Source: Acidobacteriota bacterium (GTDB lineage: Bacteria > Acidobacteriota > Thermoanaerobaculia > UBA5066 > Gp7-AA6). Taken from it: 64,000 bases of DNA. Shown here one piece after another: positions 24,112-32,801 of this stretch (positions within the stretch are counted from its first letter, which is position 1; each line of letters starts with the position of its first letter). The notes beneath the pieces are model-generated. The model ran no database searches. It saw nothing but the letters and a program-made list of their open reading frames with translations, and was not told the DNA's origin. Location of the stretch: positions 15,125-79,124 of the forward strand of contig JBLMXY010000001.1 of assembly GCA_050257975.1 (NCBI GenBank), written 5' to 3'. Made by a program: the position numbers and the translations under genes.

Positions 24112-24984
24112 ATGGCCTCCCTCGCCCGAAGCTTCCCCGACAACGCCCCCGGCGACTTCTACGTCGATCGCACCTGCATCGACTGCGACGCCTGCCGGAG
24201 GATCGCGCCGTCGGTCTTCGACGAAGCTTCCGACCACTCCTTCGTCCGGGCGCAGCCCGCCTCCGAAGGCGATCGCCGGCGCGCGATGATGGCCCTGGTC
24301 GCCTGCCCGACCGGCTCGATCGGGACCGTCTCCCGCCGGGACGTCCGCCCCGCCCTGGCGGCGTTTCCCGAGCCGATCGAGGACGGAGTCTCCTTCTGCG
24401 GCTTCACCGCGAGAGACTCGTTTGGAGCCTGGAGCTATTTCGTGGAGCGCCGCGGCGGCAACGTTCTCGTCGACTCCCCGAAGGCGGTCCCGCGCCTGCT
24501 CGGAGAGTTCGCGCGGCGGGGCGGCATCCGGACGATGTTCCTGACGCATCGCGACGACGTCGCCGACCACGCGGCTTTCGCGCGGCGGTTCGGGTGCGAG
24601 CGTGTTCTGCACGAGGCGGACCGATCGCCCGGCACGCGCGAGATCGAGCGGTCGCTCTCGGGAAGCGACCCGGTCGCGCTCGCGCCCGATCTGCTCGCCA
24701 TCCCGACGCCGGGCCACACGCGCGGCCACGCGGTCCTGCTCTACGGCGAGAAATTTCTCTTCACGGGCGATCACCTCGCCTGGTCGCGGCGGCGCAACGG
24801 CCTGGTCGCCTTCCGCGACGCCTGCTGGTACTCGTGGAAGGAGCAGATCCGCTCGATGTCAAGTTTACTTGACATCTCCTTCCAGTGGGTCCTGCCCGGG
24901 CACGGCGGCTGGCATCGCTTCGAGTCCGCCGGCCAGGCGCGCCGGGCGCTGGAGAAGTGCGTGGCCTGGATGAAGACGGCCTGA
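24112..24984 (+). CDS. Ferredoxin-metallo-beta-lactamase-fold fusion protein
   Basis: CIDCDAC...CP; THRDD, TPGHT.GH, FTGDH, LPGHG. Confidence 0.88.
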   Translation: MASLARSFPDNAPGDFYVDRTCIDCDACRRIAPSVFDEASDHSFVRAQPASEGDRRRAMMALVACPTGSIGTVSRRDVRPALAAFPEPIEDGVSFCGFTARDSFGAWSYFVERRGGNVLVDSPKAVPRLLGEFARRGGIRTMFLTHRDDVADHAAFARRFGCERVLHEADRSPGTREIERSLSGSDPVALAPDLLAIPTPGHTRGHAVLLYGEKFLFTGDHLAWSRRRNGLVAFRDACWYSWKEQIRSMSSLLDISFQWVLPGHGGWHRFESAGQARRALEKCVAWMKTA

Positions 24985-24987
24985 CGG

Positions 24988-25270
24988 CTAGCAGGGTGCT
25001 GAAAAATGGATGCGGGCGTCGTGTCCGAAGCTGTCGGCCGCGGGCATTCGCTTCGCGAACGGCGGCCGAGAGTTTTCAGCCGGACGCGGACCCGACCCTG
25101 CTTCGTACGCCACAGACGGCTCTCGGCTCTCGTTCGGGCGCGTCGAGCGCCCGCTAGAAAGTCTCATCGCTCCTCGACGATGCGCTCGCATCGCCGTCGT
25201 CGCGCTTCCTTGCATCTGACCCCGCGGCGCTCGTCACGCCATCCCACACCCTCTTTCAGCACCCTGCTAG
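24988..25270. mobile_element. MITE-like element, copy 1 (283 bp)
   Basis: Perfect 17-bp inverted ends CTAGCAGGGTGCTGAAA / TTTCAGCACCCTGCTAG; no transposase; homologous to 56420-56612. Confidence 0.85.
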
Positions 25271-26280
25271 GCCTCCGAAACGATCCGCCCCCGGTTCTCC
25301 GCCCTCACGGGCATCACCGCTCCTTCGCCCAGCCTCGCCAGCGCCCGCCGAACCCCTTCGGTCCGGCCGGCAGGCGAGAGAAACACGACGCAGCCGCCGC
25401 CGCCGGCTCCGCAGGCCTTTCCGCTCCACGCTCCGGCCTCGCGGGCGCAGGCGACCGCCCGATCGATCAGGGGAGTCGTGACGACGGGAGCGAGCCGCCG
25501 GCGCGCGTCCCACTCCTCGCCGAGCGCCTTCCCCATTGCCGCAAAATCCCGCGCGGCGGCCGCGGCGGCCATCGCAACGGCGGCCAGGCGCACCCCCTCG
25601 AGGCGCTCGGTCACGGCGCGATCTCCCTCGAGCCTCGTCCGGAAGATCTCCCAGTTGTTCATCCCGGAGGAGTGGGAGGCGCCGGTGTCGAAGAGGGTCA
25701 GATGCCGGCTCCATTCGTCCGCGTCCACCTCCTCCCGCTCGCAGCGCGTGCAGCCGGGCTCGAACCAGAGCCGGTGGAGGCCCCCCTCGAGCGGCGGGTA
25801 GTAGTCCTGCACGCCGGCCGGCTTGCCGAGCACGCGCGTCTCGACGTCCCGAACGAATGCGACCGGGTCCGCGGGCTCCGGCCGGGCCGGAGCGAAGCGC
25901 TCGAGCGCTCCGGCGGCGGCCACCGTCAGCGCCGAGGATCCGCCGAGGCCGGAGCCGAAGGGAACCCCCGAAGAAAGCTCGATTTCGAGCGGCTCCTCGA
26001 TTTCGAACGCCTGGACGAGCGAGCCCACGAGCGCCGTTGCCGGATCTTCGAGAAGCTCCGCGCCACGGCGCGCCCGACGCTCGAGCCCGCTCTCGACCGA
26101 ACGAACGAGCCAGGCTCCTTTCGACGGCCTGACCCGGCAGGAGGCGCGCCGATTGATGGCGAGATTGACGGTGACGGACCCGGGATGCAGCACGTGAAGC
26201 GGCCAGAGGTCGAGCGTTCCGCCCGCCAGGTCGATACGCGCGGGGGCGGAAGCCGTGATCCAAGAGGAGTCGTCGGTCAT
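25267..26280 (-). CDS. GHMP-family sugar kinase (HddA-like)
   Basis: APARIDLAGGTLD, PFGSGLGGSS, GVQD, KACGAGGGG. Confidence 0.9.
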   Translation of the reverse strand: MTDDSSWITASAPARIDLAGGTLDLWPLHVLHPGSVTVNLAINRRASCRVRPSKGAWLVRSVESGLERRARRGAELLEDPATALVGSLVQAFEIEEPLEIELSSGVPFGSGLGGSSALTVAAAGALERFAPARPEPADPVAFVRDVETRVLGKPAGVQDYYPPLEGGLHRLWFEPGCTRCEREEVDADEWSRHLTLFDTGASHSSGMNNWEIFRTRLEGDRAVTERLEGVRLAAVAMAAAAAARDFAAMGKALGEEWDARRRLAPVVTTPLIDRAVACAREAGAWSGKACGAGGGGCVVFLSPAGRTEGVRRALARLGEGAVMPVRAENRGRIVSEA

Positions 26281-26281
26281 C

Positions 26282-26348
26282 GGTTGTCAGTCGTTCAGTT
26301 TAGGAGGGAAGAGGAGGACTGAGAACCGAGAACTGAGAACTGAGAACT
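26282..26348. repeat. Heptamer repeat (GAGAACT)x5 with degenerate complementary arm
   Basis: gaggact gagaacc gagaact gagaact gagaact at 26314-26348; ggttgtc agtcgttc agttt upstream. Confidence 0.8.
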
Positions 26349-26351
26349 AAT

Positions 26352-26969
26352 TCAGTACCCGACCCGCGACACCCGCATGAACCCCGACTCCGGAAACGCG
26401 ACGCCTTCGACCGTCGCCGTCCGCCCGAGCGAGGCCTGGACGGAATCTTCGCCGCGATTGACCGGCATCAGGCGCCACAGCTCTCCGTTCTCGGCGCAGA
26501 AGCCGGTCTCATGGCTGGCATGCGAGATGGGACAGAGGCCCGCCTCGGAGCGAGCCTCGCATTCCAGGCACACGAAGGTGCCGGTCAGGCGACGCGACAC
26601 GGGCTCGACCGCCTCGGCCGGAAGGACGGAAGAGACGACGCCCGCCGAAGCCATGGCGGGCTTGGGCGTGGTGTCGGAGACGAGCGGGAGGATCATGAGC
26701 AGGAGGGCGGCCGCGGTCGCGAAGACGGGATAACGAGACCTCGCGGCCGGCTCTTCGGGGGCCGCGTGGAGCCGGGCGACCAGTCGCGGCGGCGCCGGCG
26801 TTCGGTCTACCCGCGAATGGAGCAGTTGCGCCAGTCCGCGAGCCGAAGCGGCCCGGGCGGCGCAAGACCGACAGTCGGCAAGGTGGCGCGAAAGTGCCTC
26901 CCCCTCGGGGTGGGCGAGCTCCCGGTCCAGGTAGGCATAGATCAGGAAACGAGCCCGTATGCAATTCAT
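26352..26969 (-). CDS. ZAS anti-sigma factor with TM and Cys/His-rich C-terminal domain
   Basis: C......YLD.EL, HLADCRSC; TM; CLEC...C...H..H...C. Confidence 0.85.
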   Translation of the reverse strand: MNCIRARFLIYAYLDRELAHPEGEALSRHLADCRSCAARAASARGLAQLLHSRVDRTPAPPRLVARLHAAPEEPAARSRYPVFATAAALLLMILPLVSDTTPKPAMASAGVVSSVLPAEAVEPVSRRLTGTFVCLECEARSEAGLCPISHASHETGFCAENGELWRLMPVNRGEDSVQASLGRTATVEGVAFPESGFMRVSRVGY

Positions 26970-27072
26970 CTGGCCAGCGTCTCAAAACGACGCCGGCGGC
27001 GGCGTTATTCCGCCGCCCGGTGCAGGCGGCGAAGCGGCGGGAGTCCGAAGAGGCGGCCTGAAAGGCCGGGGT

Positions 27073-27750
27073 TCAGGCAGCCGGCGGCTTGGGCCGGGTG
27101 CGCATCTTGTTCGGCTCTCCTCCGCGGATGTAGCCGTGCTGCCGCGCGTACTTGAGAAGCGCCTTTTCCAGCAGCTTGCGGCCTCGATAAAGCCGGGACA
27201 TGACCGTGCCGACCGGGCAATCGAGGATCTCCGCGATCTCCCGGTAGGAAAAATCCTCCAGGTCCGCCAGGATGACCACCATGCGGTAGTCGTAGGGCAG
27301 TGAGTCGAGGGCCCTCTTCACGTCATCATCGAGGACCCCGTGGAAGTACTCGGCCTCCGGGTCCGCGGGCTGGTCGGAGTTGTCGCGCCGAACGATCCGC
27401 TCGAAGGAGTCCTCGATCTCCGCGAAATCCACGCTTCGGGGCTCGAGCTTCTTCTTGCGGTAGTTGTTGATGAAGGTGTTCTTCAAAATCTTGAAGAGCC
27501 AGGCCTTCAGGTTGGTCCCTTCCTCGAACTTGTCGTAGTACTTGTAGGCCTTGAAGTAGGTCTCCTGCACCAGGTCCTCGGCGTCTTCCGCGCTCCTGGT
27601 CATGCGATAGGCCGTGTTGTAGAGCGAATCGAGATAGGGCATCACCTGGGAATCGAAATCCCAGGAAGTGACGCCGTTGACCTGGTTCTCCACCTTCGCC
27701 GAAAGATTCGCCTTTTCCATGCCTTCCTTCATCGCAATTTTCTTGCCCAC
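27073..27750 (-). CDS. ECF sigma factor (SigH/SigR-like); start may be a downstream Met
   Basis: [42 protein letters not shown]. Confidence 0.93.
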   Translation of the reverse strand: MGKKIAMKEGMEKANLSAKVENQVNGVTSWDFDSQVMPYLDSLYNTAYRMTRSAEDAEDLVQETYFKAYKYYDKFEEGTNLKAWLFKILKNTFINNYRKKKLEPRSVDFAEIEDSFERIVRRDNSDQPADPEAEYFHGVLDDDVKRALDSLPYDYRMVVILADLEDFSYREIAEILDCPVGTVMSRLYRGRKLLEKALLKYARQHGYIRGGEPNKMRTRPKPPAA

Positions 27751-27808
27751 CCTGTTCGCGGCTGGACTCCTCCCCTCCGGAAGCGCAAACCGTTGCCTTA
27801 CTACGGAT

Positions 27809-27836
27809 TAAGACACCGGGGCGTTGGGGCGGTTCC
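27809..27836 (-). promoter_or_regulatory. Putative ECF-dependent (autoregulatory) promoter
   Basis: GGAACC-N16-GTCTTA on minus strand upstream of the sigma gene. Confidence 0.65.
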
Positions 27837-27903
27837 AAAGCTTAATACGTCCCGATCGGTCCCCGGGTTTCTCAAAAGGGGGCAAGACGTCCCCGCCGGA
27901 GGA

Positions 27904-27943
27904 CAAGAAGGCCCCGGCGGGCTCGAGCACCGCGCCGGGGCCT
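27904..27943 (-). terminator. Intrinsic terminator of nuo-atp operon
   Basis: AGGCCCCGGCG/CGCCGGGGCCT stem 20 nt after atpE stop, followed by TCTTG on minus strand. Confidence 0.65.
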
Positions 27944-27962
27944 CGGAGCGAGCCTGGAGCGC

Positions 27963-28283
27963 CTACTTGTTGAAGATCAGGAAACAGATCAGCAAGGCAT
28001 ACAGCACGATGGACTCGATCAGGACCAGACCGAGCAGCGTCGAGCCGCGGATGTCCTTGGCCGCGCCCGGGTTGCGCGAGATGCCCTCGGCGGCCGCCGA
28101 GGTGGCCCTCCCCTGCGCCGTCGTGCCCGCCGCCGCGGCGAGCCCGAGCAGGAAGGCCGCCCCGATGACGCCCCACTTGACCCCGCCGGGGGCGCCAGCG
28201 CCGGCGGCACCGGCCTCCTGCGCCATCGCCGGCAGGGCCAGCGCGAGCGCCAGGGCAAACAACAGAACCATTTTCTTCCGCAT
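27963..28283 (-). CDS. atpE: ATP synthase F0 subunit c with N-terminal signal-like extension
   Basis: ISRNPGA loop, LIESIVLY ion-binding Glu; GAAGGAG RBS. Confidence 0.93.
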   Translation of the reverse strand: MRKKMVLLFALALALALPAMAQEAGAAGAGAPGGVKWGVIGAAFLLGLAAAAGTTAQGRATSAAAEGISRNPGAAKDIRGSTLLGLVLIESIVLYALLICFLIFNK

Positions 28284-28347
28284 CCGATAATCTCCTTCTT
28301 CCTCACGCCAGCCGGCGCGGTGGTTGCGAGACCCTATCACAGCGGGC

Positions 28348-29112
28348 TCAGTGCTCCTCGTGGGCCGTCGCGCCCTGCACGTAGACGGCCGTCAACAGCG
28401 CGAACACGTAAGCCTGCAGGAAAGCCGTGAAGATGCCGAGCGCCATCATCGGCCAGGGAACGACGATCGGCACGAGGCTCGCGAACACGTTGGTGGTCGT
28501 GTGCTCGCCGTAGATGTTCATGAAGAGACGCACGGAGAGCGAAAGGATGCGGGCGAAGGTGCCGATGATCTCGATGACGAAGAAGAGCGGCGCGATCGCG
28601 AGCAACGGGCCACCGAAATGCCGCAGGTACTTGCCCAGCCCCTGCGACCGGATCCCCTCCTTGTTGAAGTAGACGAAGGAGATCACCGCCAGCGCCACCG
28701 TGGCCGAGAGAGAGCCGGTGGGCGGCTGCAGGAAGAAGAAGAGGCCGAAGAGGTTGGCGACGCCGATGAAGATCGCGAAGGTCCCGATGATCGGCAGGTA
28801 CCTGCGATGAGCGCCCTCCTCGATCGAGTCGTCCACGAGGCTCCGCAGCCCCGACAAGAGCATCTCGAAGAAGCTCTGGAGGCCTCCCGGCTTCTCGCGG
28901 CTGTAGCGGCGCGCCATCCAGGGGAAGAAGAGCGCGAAGATCAGGAGCAACAGGAGGGTCATGATCGCGGCGTCCGGGATCCAGGCCTCCCTGCCGTCGG
29001 GGAAGAAGAAGGCCACCATGCCGGGCGACAGCTTCTCCACGGGGGGCTCGCCCAGCAGCCGGATCAGCAGCGCGTTGATCGGCCCGTACAGAATCGAATG
29101 ATGTTCGCCCAC
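28348..29112 (-). CDS. atpB: ATP synthase F0 subunit a
   Basis: LSLSVRLFMNI (essential Arg), LQAYVFALLT.VY. Confidence 0.95.
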   Translation of the reverse strand: MGEHHSILYGPINALLIRLLGEPPVEKLSPGMVAFFFPDGREAWIPDAAIMTLLLLLIFALFFPWMARRYSREKPGGLQSFFEMLLSGLRSLVDDSIEEGAHRRYLPIIGTFAIFIGVANLFGLFFFLQPPTGSLSATVALAVISFVYFNKEGIRSQGLGKYLRHFGGPLLAIAPLFFVIEIIGTFARILSLSVRLFMNIYGEHTTTNVFASLVPIVVPWPMMALGIFTAFLQAYVFALLTAVYVQGATAHEEH

Positions 29113-29121
29113 GCTTTCGCC

Positions 29122-29490
29122 CTACTCCTTCATCCAGACTTCGGGCACGACCGAAAGCACCACCACGGAGAGTCCCGCCGCGCCCGCCACGGGATCGAAC
29201 CCCCTCCACCGCCAAAGAACCAAGGCCAGCAGCACGAAGCTTCCGGCGGTCACCAGCAGGAGGGGCGCCAGCGTCCGAAGACCGGGTTTCGCCTGCCGGG
29301 GAACGAGACGCTCCGTCAGTTTCTCGAGAACGAGAAAACTGAAAATAACCACGGCCGCCGTGATTGTCAAGGAGAGCCCGGAGCGCCATCCGATGGCGAA
29401 AGCGACGGCGATCCCCAGGGCGCCCAGGACGAAGGCCCGGCGCCGGACCCGCGTGATCACGGCGTCGATTCCGGAGGCCGCCGCGGTCAT
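29122..29490 (-). CDS. atpI: ATP synthase I-like membrane protein
   Basis: Four TM segments directly upstream of atpB; ATGA overlap. Confidence 0.6.
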   Translation of the reverse strand: MTAAASGIDAVITRVRRRAFVLGALGIAVAFAIGWRSGLSLTITAAVVIFSFLVLEKLTERLVPRQAKPGLRTLAPLLLVTAGSFVLLALVLWRWRGFDPVAGAAGLSVVVLSVVPEVWMKE

Positions 29491-29702
29491 CGCGAGATCC
29501 TCGCCACCAGGCGGAAAAGGTGCAGGAAGGCCCCGGCGAGGCCCAGTCCCGCGCCGATCCAGGCCGGCGCCGGTCCGAGTCCCAGCCACTCCGAAAGCCA
29601 CTTGCCCAGGAAGTAGCCCGCCACGGGCCCAGCCAGAAAGAGCAGACCGGCCGCGGTTCCCTCGGCCAGATAGGAGGCGCGGTTGGCCGGTCCGGGGCTC
29701 AC
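29487..29702 (-). CDS. AtpZ/ATPase gene 1 family small membrane protein
   Basis: G.FLG.WL...LG..P.W...G..LG pattern upstream of atpI. Confidence 0.7.
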   Translation of the reverse strand: MSPGPANRASYLAEGTAAGLLFLAGPVAGYFLGKWLSEWLGLGPAPAWIGAGLGLAGAFLHLFRLVARISR

Positions 29703-29721
29703 GAACGACCGCGGGCGGCGG

Positions 29722-31179
29722 TCAGTAGGCCCCGGGCACGCAGGCGCGCAGCACGGCGAGCACGCGCTCGGGCGCCACGCCCACGACGAGCGTGCCGGCC
29801 GCGCAGATCACGACGACCGCCGTGAGCGCGTCCGACGCGCGGAACTTCGCGCCCGCGGCGTCGGAAAAGAACATCGCCGCCGCGATCCGGAAATAGTAGA
29901 AGAGCGAAACGGCCGACGCGAGCAGCCCCAGCACGACCAGCCACGGGTATCCCGCCTTCAGCGCCGCCGTGAAGAGGTAGTACTTGCCGATGAAGCCCGC
30001 CGTGGGCGGAATGCCCGCGAGCGAGAGCAGGAACACGAGCATCACGACGGCGGCCGTCATGTTGCGCCGGGCGAGCCCGTTGAAGTCCGAGACGGTCTCC
30101 GCGGCGTATCCCCTCGTCTCCAGAAAGATGACCAGCGCGAACGCTCCGAAGTTCATGAACGTGTACGCCAGCAGGTAGACGAGGACGCCCCAGAGCCCGA
30201 AGGCCGTGCGGAATCCCAGCACCCCGAGCAGCGCGTAGCCCGCGTGCGCGATCGAGGAGTAGGCGAGCATGCGCTTGACGTTGGTCTGCATCAGCGCGGC
30301 GACGTTGCCCCAGATCATGGTGGCGGCCGAGACCAGCGCGACGATCAGGCCCCAGTCGGCGTGGAAGCGGGGAAAGGCGACGTAGTAGATCCTCGCCAGC
30401 GCCGCGTAGGCCGCAAGCTTCGGCCCCACCGAGAAGAAGGCGGTGATGGGGGTCGGAGCGCCTTCGTACACGTCGGGCGTCCAGAAGTGGAAGGGCACCG
30501 CCGCGATCTTGAACAGAAGTCCGGCGAGCAGCATCAGGATCCCGAGCACGAGCAGGTTGGTGCGCTCGGCCCCGGCCAGAAGCTTCGCGAGCTCGGGCAG
30601 CCCCAGCTGCCCGGCGACGCCGTACACGAGCGAGAGACCGTAGAGGAGCACCCCCGAGGAGAACGCGCCGAGGATGAAGTACTTCATCGCCGCCTCGGTC
30701 GACTTCCTCTCTCCCTTGAAGTACCCGGCCAGGACGTAGGAGGCGAGCGCCATCGTCTCGAGCGCCACGTAGATCGAGATCAGGTTGTCGCCCGAAACCA
30801 TGAACAGCATCCCGACCCCGGTGAACAGGATCAGGGCGTAGTACTCCCCCCCCGCGTAGGGGGCCGCGGCGACGAACCGCATCGACGCCAGGATGGTCAG
30901 CGCGAGGGAAAGCAGGATCGTGAACTGGAAGAAGAGCGCGAAGTTGTCCACGACGAACATGCCGCCGAGAATCGGCCCCTGGTGACGCTCCGGCGCCGCG
31001 GCCACGAAGGCGGCGAGGGCCGCCGTGACCACGACGCACAGCACCGACAGATAGCCCAGGAACTCCTCCTTCGCCTTCCCGATCGCCGTCGCGAGGCTGA
31101 GCACGATCAGGCCCGCCGCCGTCAGGAAGAGCTCCGGCGAGAGCAGGAACCAGTCCGCGGGACGAAAGCTCACCGGCAC
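29722..31179 (-). CDS. nuoN: NADH-quinone oxidoreductase subunit N
   Basis: EAAMKYF, FKIAAVPFHFWTPDVYEGAP, KRMLAYSSIAH. Confidence 0.96.
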   Translation of the reverse strand: MPVSFRPADWFLLSPELFLTAAGLIVLSLATAIGKAKEEFLGYLSVLCVVVTAALAAFVAAAPERHQGPILGGMFVVDNFALFFQFTILLSLALTILASMRFVAAAPYAGGEYYALILFTGVGMLFMVSGDNLISIYVALETMALASYVLAGYFKGERKSTEAAMKYFILGAFSSGVLLYGLSLVYGVAGQLGLPELAKLLAGAERTNLLVLGILMLLAGLLFKIAAVPFHFWTPDVYEGAPTPITAFFSVGPKLAAYAALARIYYVAFPRFHADWGLIVALVSAATMIWGNVAALMQTNVKRMLAYSSIAHAGYALLGVLGFRTAFGLWGVLVYLLAYTFMNFGAFALVIFLETRGYAAETVSDFNGLARRNMTAAVVMLVFLLSLAGIPPTAGFIGKYYLFTAALKAGYPWLVVLGLLASAVSLFYYFRIAAAMFFSDAAGAKFRASDALTAVVVICAAGTLVVGVAPERVLAVLRACVPGAY

Positions 31180-31201
31180 CTCGAGACGCCTTGCCCGCTC
31201 A

Positions 31202-32791
31202 TCATTCCCCCTTCGCCTCGGGCTTTGCGGCGGCGGGCGCCTCCGCCAGCGCCGGAGCCGTCATCGTCCGGCCGCCCACGGCCGTCACGATCTTCTCCGA
31301 CGGAACGCGCAGCACGTCGAAGATCGGCTTGGGGTACAGGCCGATCCAGAAGGCCAGGATGACCAGCGGCGCCAGCGTCAACTGCTCGCGCAGCGTCAGG
31401 TCGGAGAGCTTCTGGTTGGCCGGGTTCGAGAGCTCGCCGAAGAAGACCCGCTGGTAGAGCCAGAGCAGATACGCGGCGCCGAGCACGATTCCCGACGCCG
31501 CGAAGAAGGCCCACCAGAAGGACTTCGCGAAGGCCCCCTGCAGGATCGCGAACTCGCCGATGAAGCCGTTCAAGACCGGCAGGCCCATGGAGGACAGCGC
31601 CATGACGAGGAAATACGTGGCGTAGAGGGGCATCTGGCGCGCGAGGCCGCCGTACTCCGCGATCATGCGCGTGTGGCGGCGCTCGTAGACGATGCCGACG
31701 AGCAGGAAGAGCGCGCCGGTCGAGATCCCGTGGTTGACCATCTGCAGGACCGATCCCTGCACGCCGGACATGTTCAGGGCGAAGATGCCGAGCATCACGA
31801 ACCCGAGGTGCGAGACGGAGGAATAGGCGATCAGCTTCTTCATGTCCTTCTGGACGAGGGTGACCATGGCCCCGTAGACGATCCCGATGATCGCGAGCGC
31901 GACCATCAGGCGCAGCACCCACGGCGTCTGCACGGCCTGCGGGAACATCGGCAGCGAGAAACGGACGAAGCCGTAGGTCCCCATCTTCAGCAGGACGGCC
32001 GCCAGGATGACCGATCCGGCCGTCGGCGCCTCGGTGTGGGCGTCGGGAAGCCACGTGTGGAACGGGAACATCGGAACCTTGATCGCGAAGCCCAGGAAGA
32101 AGGCGAAGAAGAGCCAGATCTGCAGCTCCGTCGGAAGGGCCGCGGCCACGGCGGTCAGCTTCTCGATCGAGAACGTGGCGGCGTGCCCGGCTCCCTTGTA
32201 GCCCAGGAACCCCGAGGTGTTGAGGAAATAGAGGGCGATGATGCCGAGCAGCATCAGGACCGAGCCCGCCAGGGTGTAGAGGAAGAACTTGATCGCGGCG
32301 TAGAGCCGGCGCTCCCCTCCCCAGACGCCGATCAGGAAGTACATCGGCACGAGCATCACTTCCCAGAAGACGTAGAAGAGGAAGAAGTCGAGGCAGCAGA
32401 AGGTCCCGATCATGAAGGTCTGCAGCAGCAGCAGCAGGACGTAGTACTCCTTCTGCCGCTCCGAGATCGCCGTGTAGGAGCAGGTCACGGCGATGACGCC
32501 CATCAGGGTCGTCAGCAGGATCAGGACGAGCGAGATCCCGTCGATTCCGAAGTGGTACTCGACGCCGAGCGTCGGGATCCAGGAGGCGCGCTCGACGAAC
32601 TGGTAGCCCTCCCGCCCCCGGTCGAAGGCGAACCAGAGCGGCAGCGAGACCAGGAAGTCGGCGAGCGCCGCGCCGGTCGCCAGGGCCTTGATCGTCGCCG
32701 CCTTCTCCCGGGGCACCAGGAAGACGATCGCCAGGGCCCCGAGCAGCGGGATGTAGGCGACGATGGACAGGATCGGGATGTTGCTCAGCAT
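31202..32791 (-). CDS. nuoM: NADH-quinone oxidoreductase subunit M
   Basis: FWEVML, KVPMFPFHTWLPDAHTEAP, LLKMGTYG. Confidence 0.96.
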   Translation of the reverse strand: MLSNIPILSIVAYIPLLGALAIVFLVPREKAATIKALATGAALADFLVSLPLWFAFDRGREGYQFVERASWIPTLGVEYHFGIDGISLVLILLTTLMGVIAVTCSYTAISERQKEYYVLLLLLQTFMIGTFCCLDFFLFYVFWEVMLVPMYFLIGVWGGERRLYAAIKFFLYTLAGSVLMLLGIIALYFLNTSGFLGYKGAGHAATFSIEKLTAVAAALPTELQIWLFFAFFLGFAIKVPMFPFHTWLPDAHTEAPTAGSVILAAVLLKMGTYGFVRFSLPMFPQAVQTPWVLRLMVALAIIGIVYGAMVTLVQKDMKKLIAYSSVSHLGFVMLGIFALNMSGVQGSVLQMVNHGISTGALFLLVGIVYERRHTRMIAEYGGLARQMPLYATYFLVMALSSMGLPVLNGFIGEFAILQGAFAKSFWWAFFAASGIVLGAAYLLWLYQRVFFGELSNPANQKLSDLTLREQLTLAPLVILAFWIGLYPKPIFDVLRVPSEKIVTAVGGRTMTAPALAEAPAAAKPEAKGE

Positions 32792-32801
32792 GCGCCCTTC
32801 C

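Noticed and set aside
25006-26322. ORFs starting MDAGVVSEA (also 56359-56595) as a MITE-encoded peptide
   Set aside because: Similarity only reflects shared element DNA; translations diverge after about 12 codons and no RBS is evident
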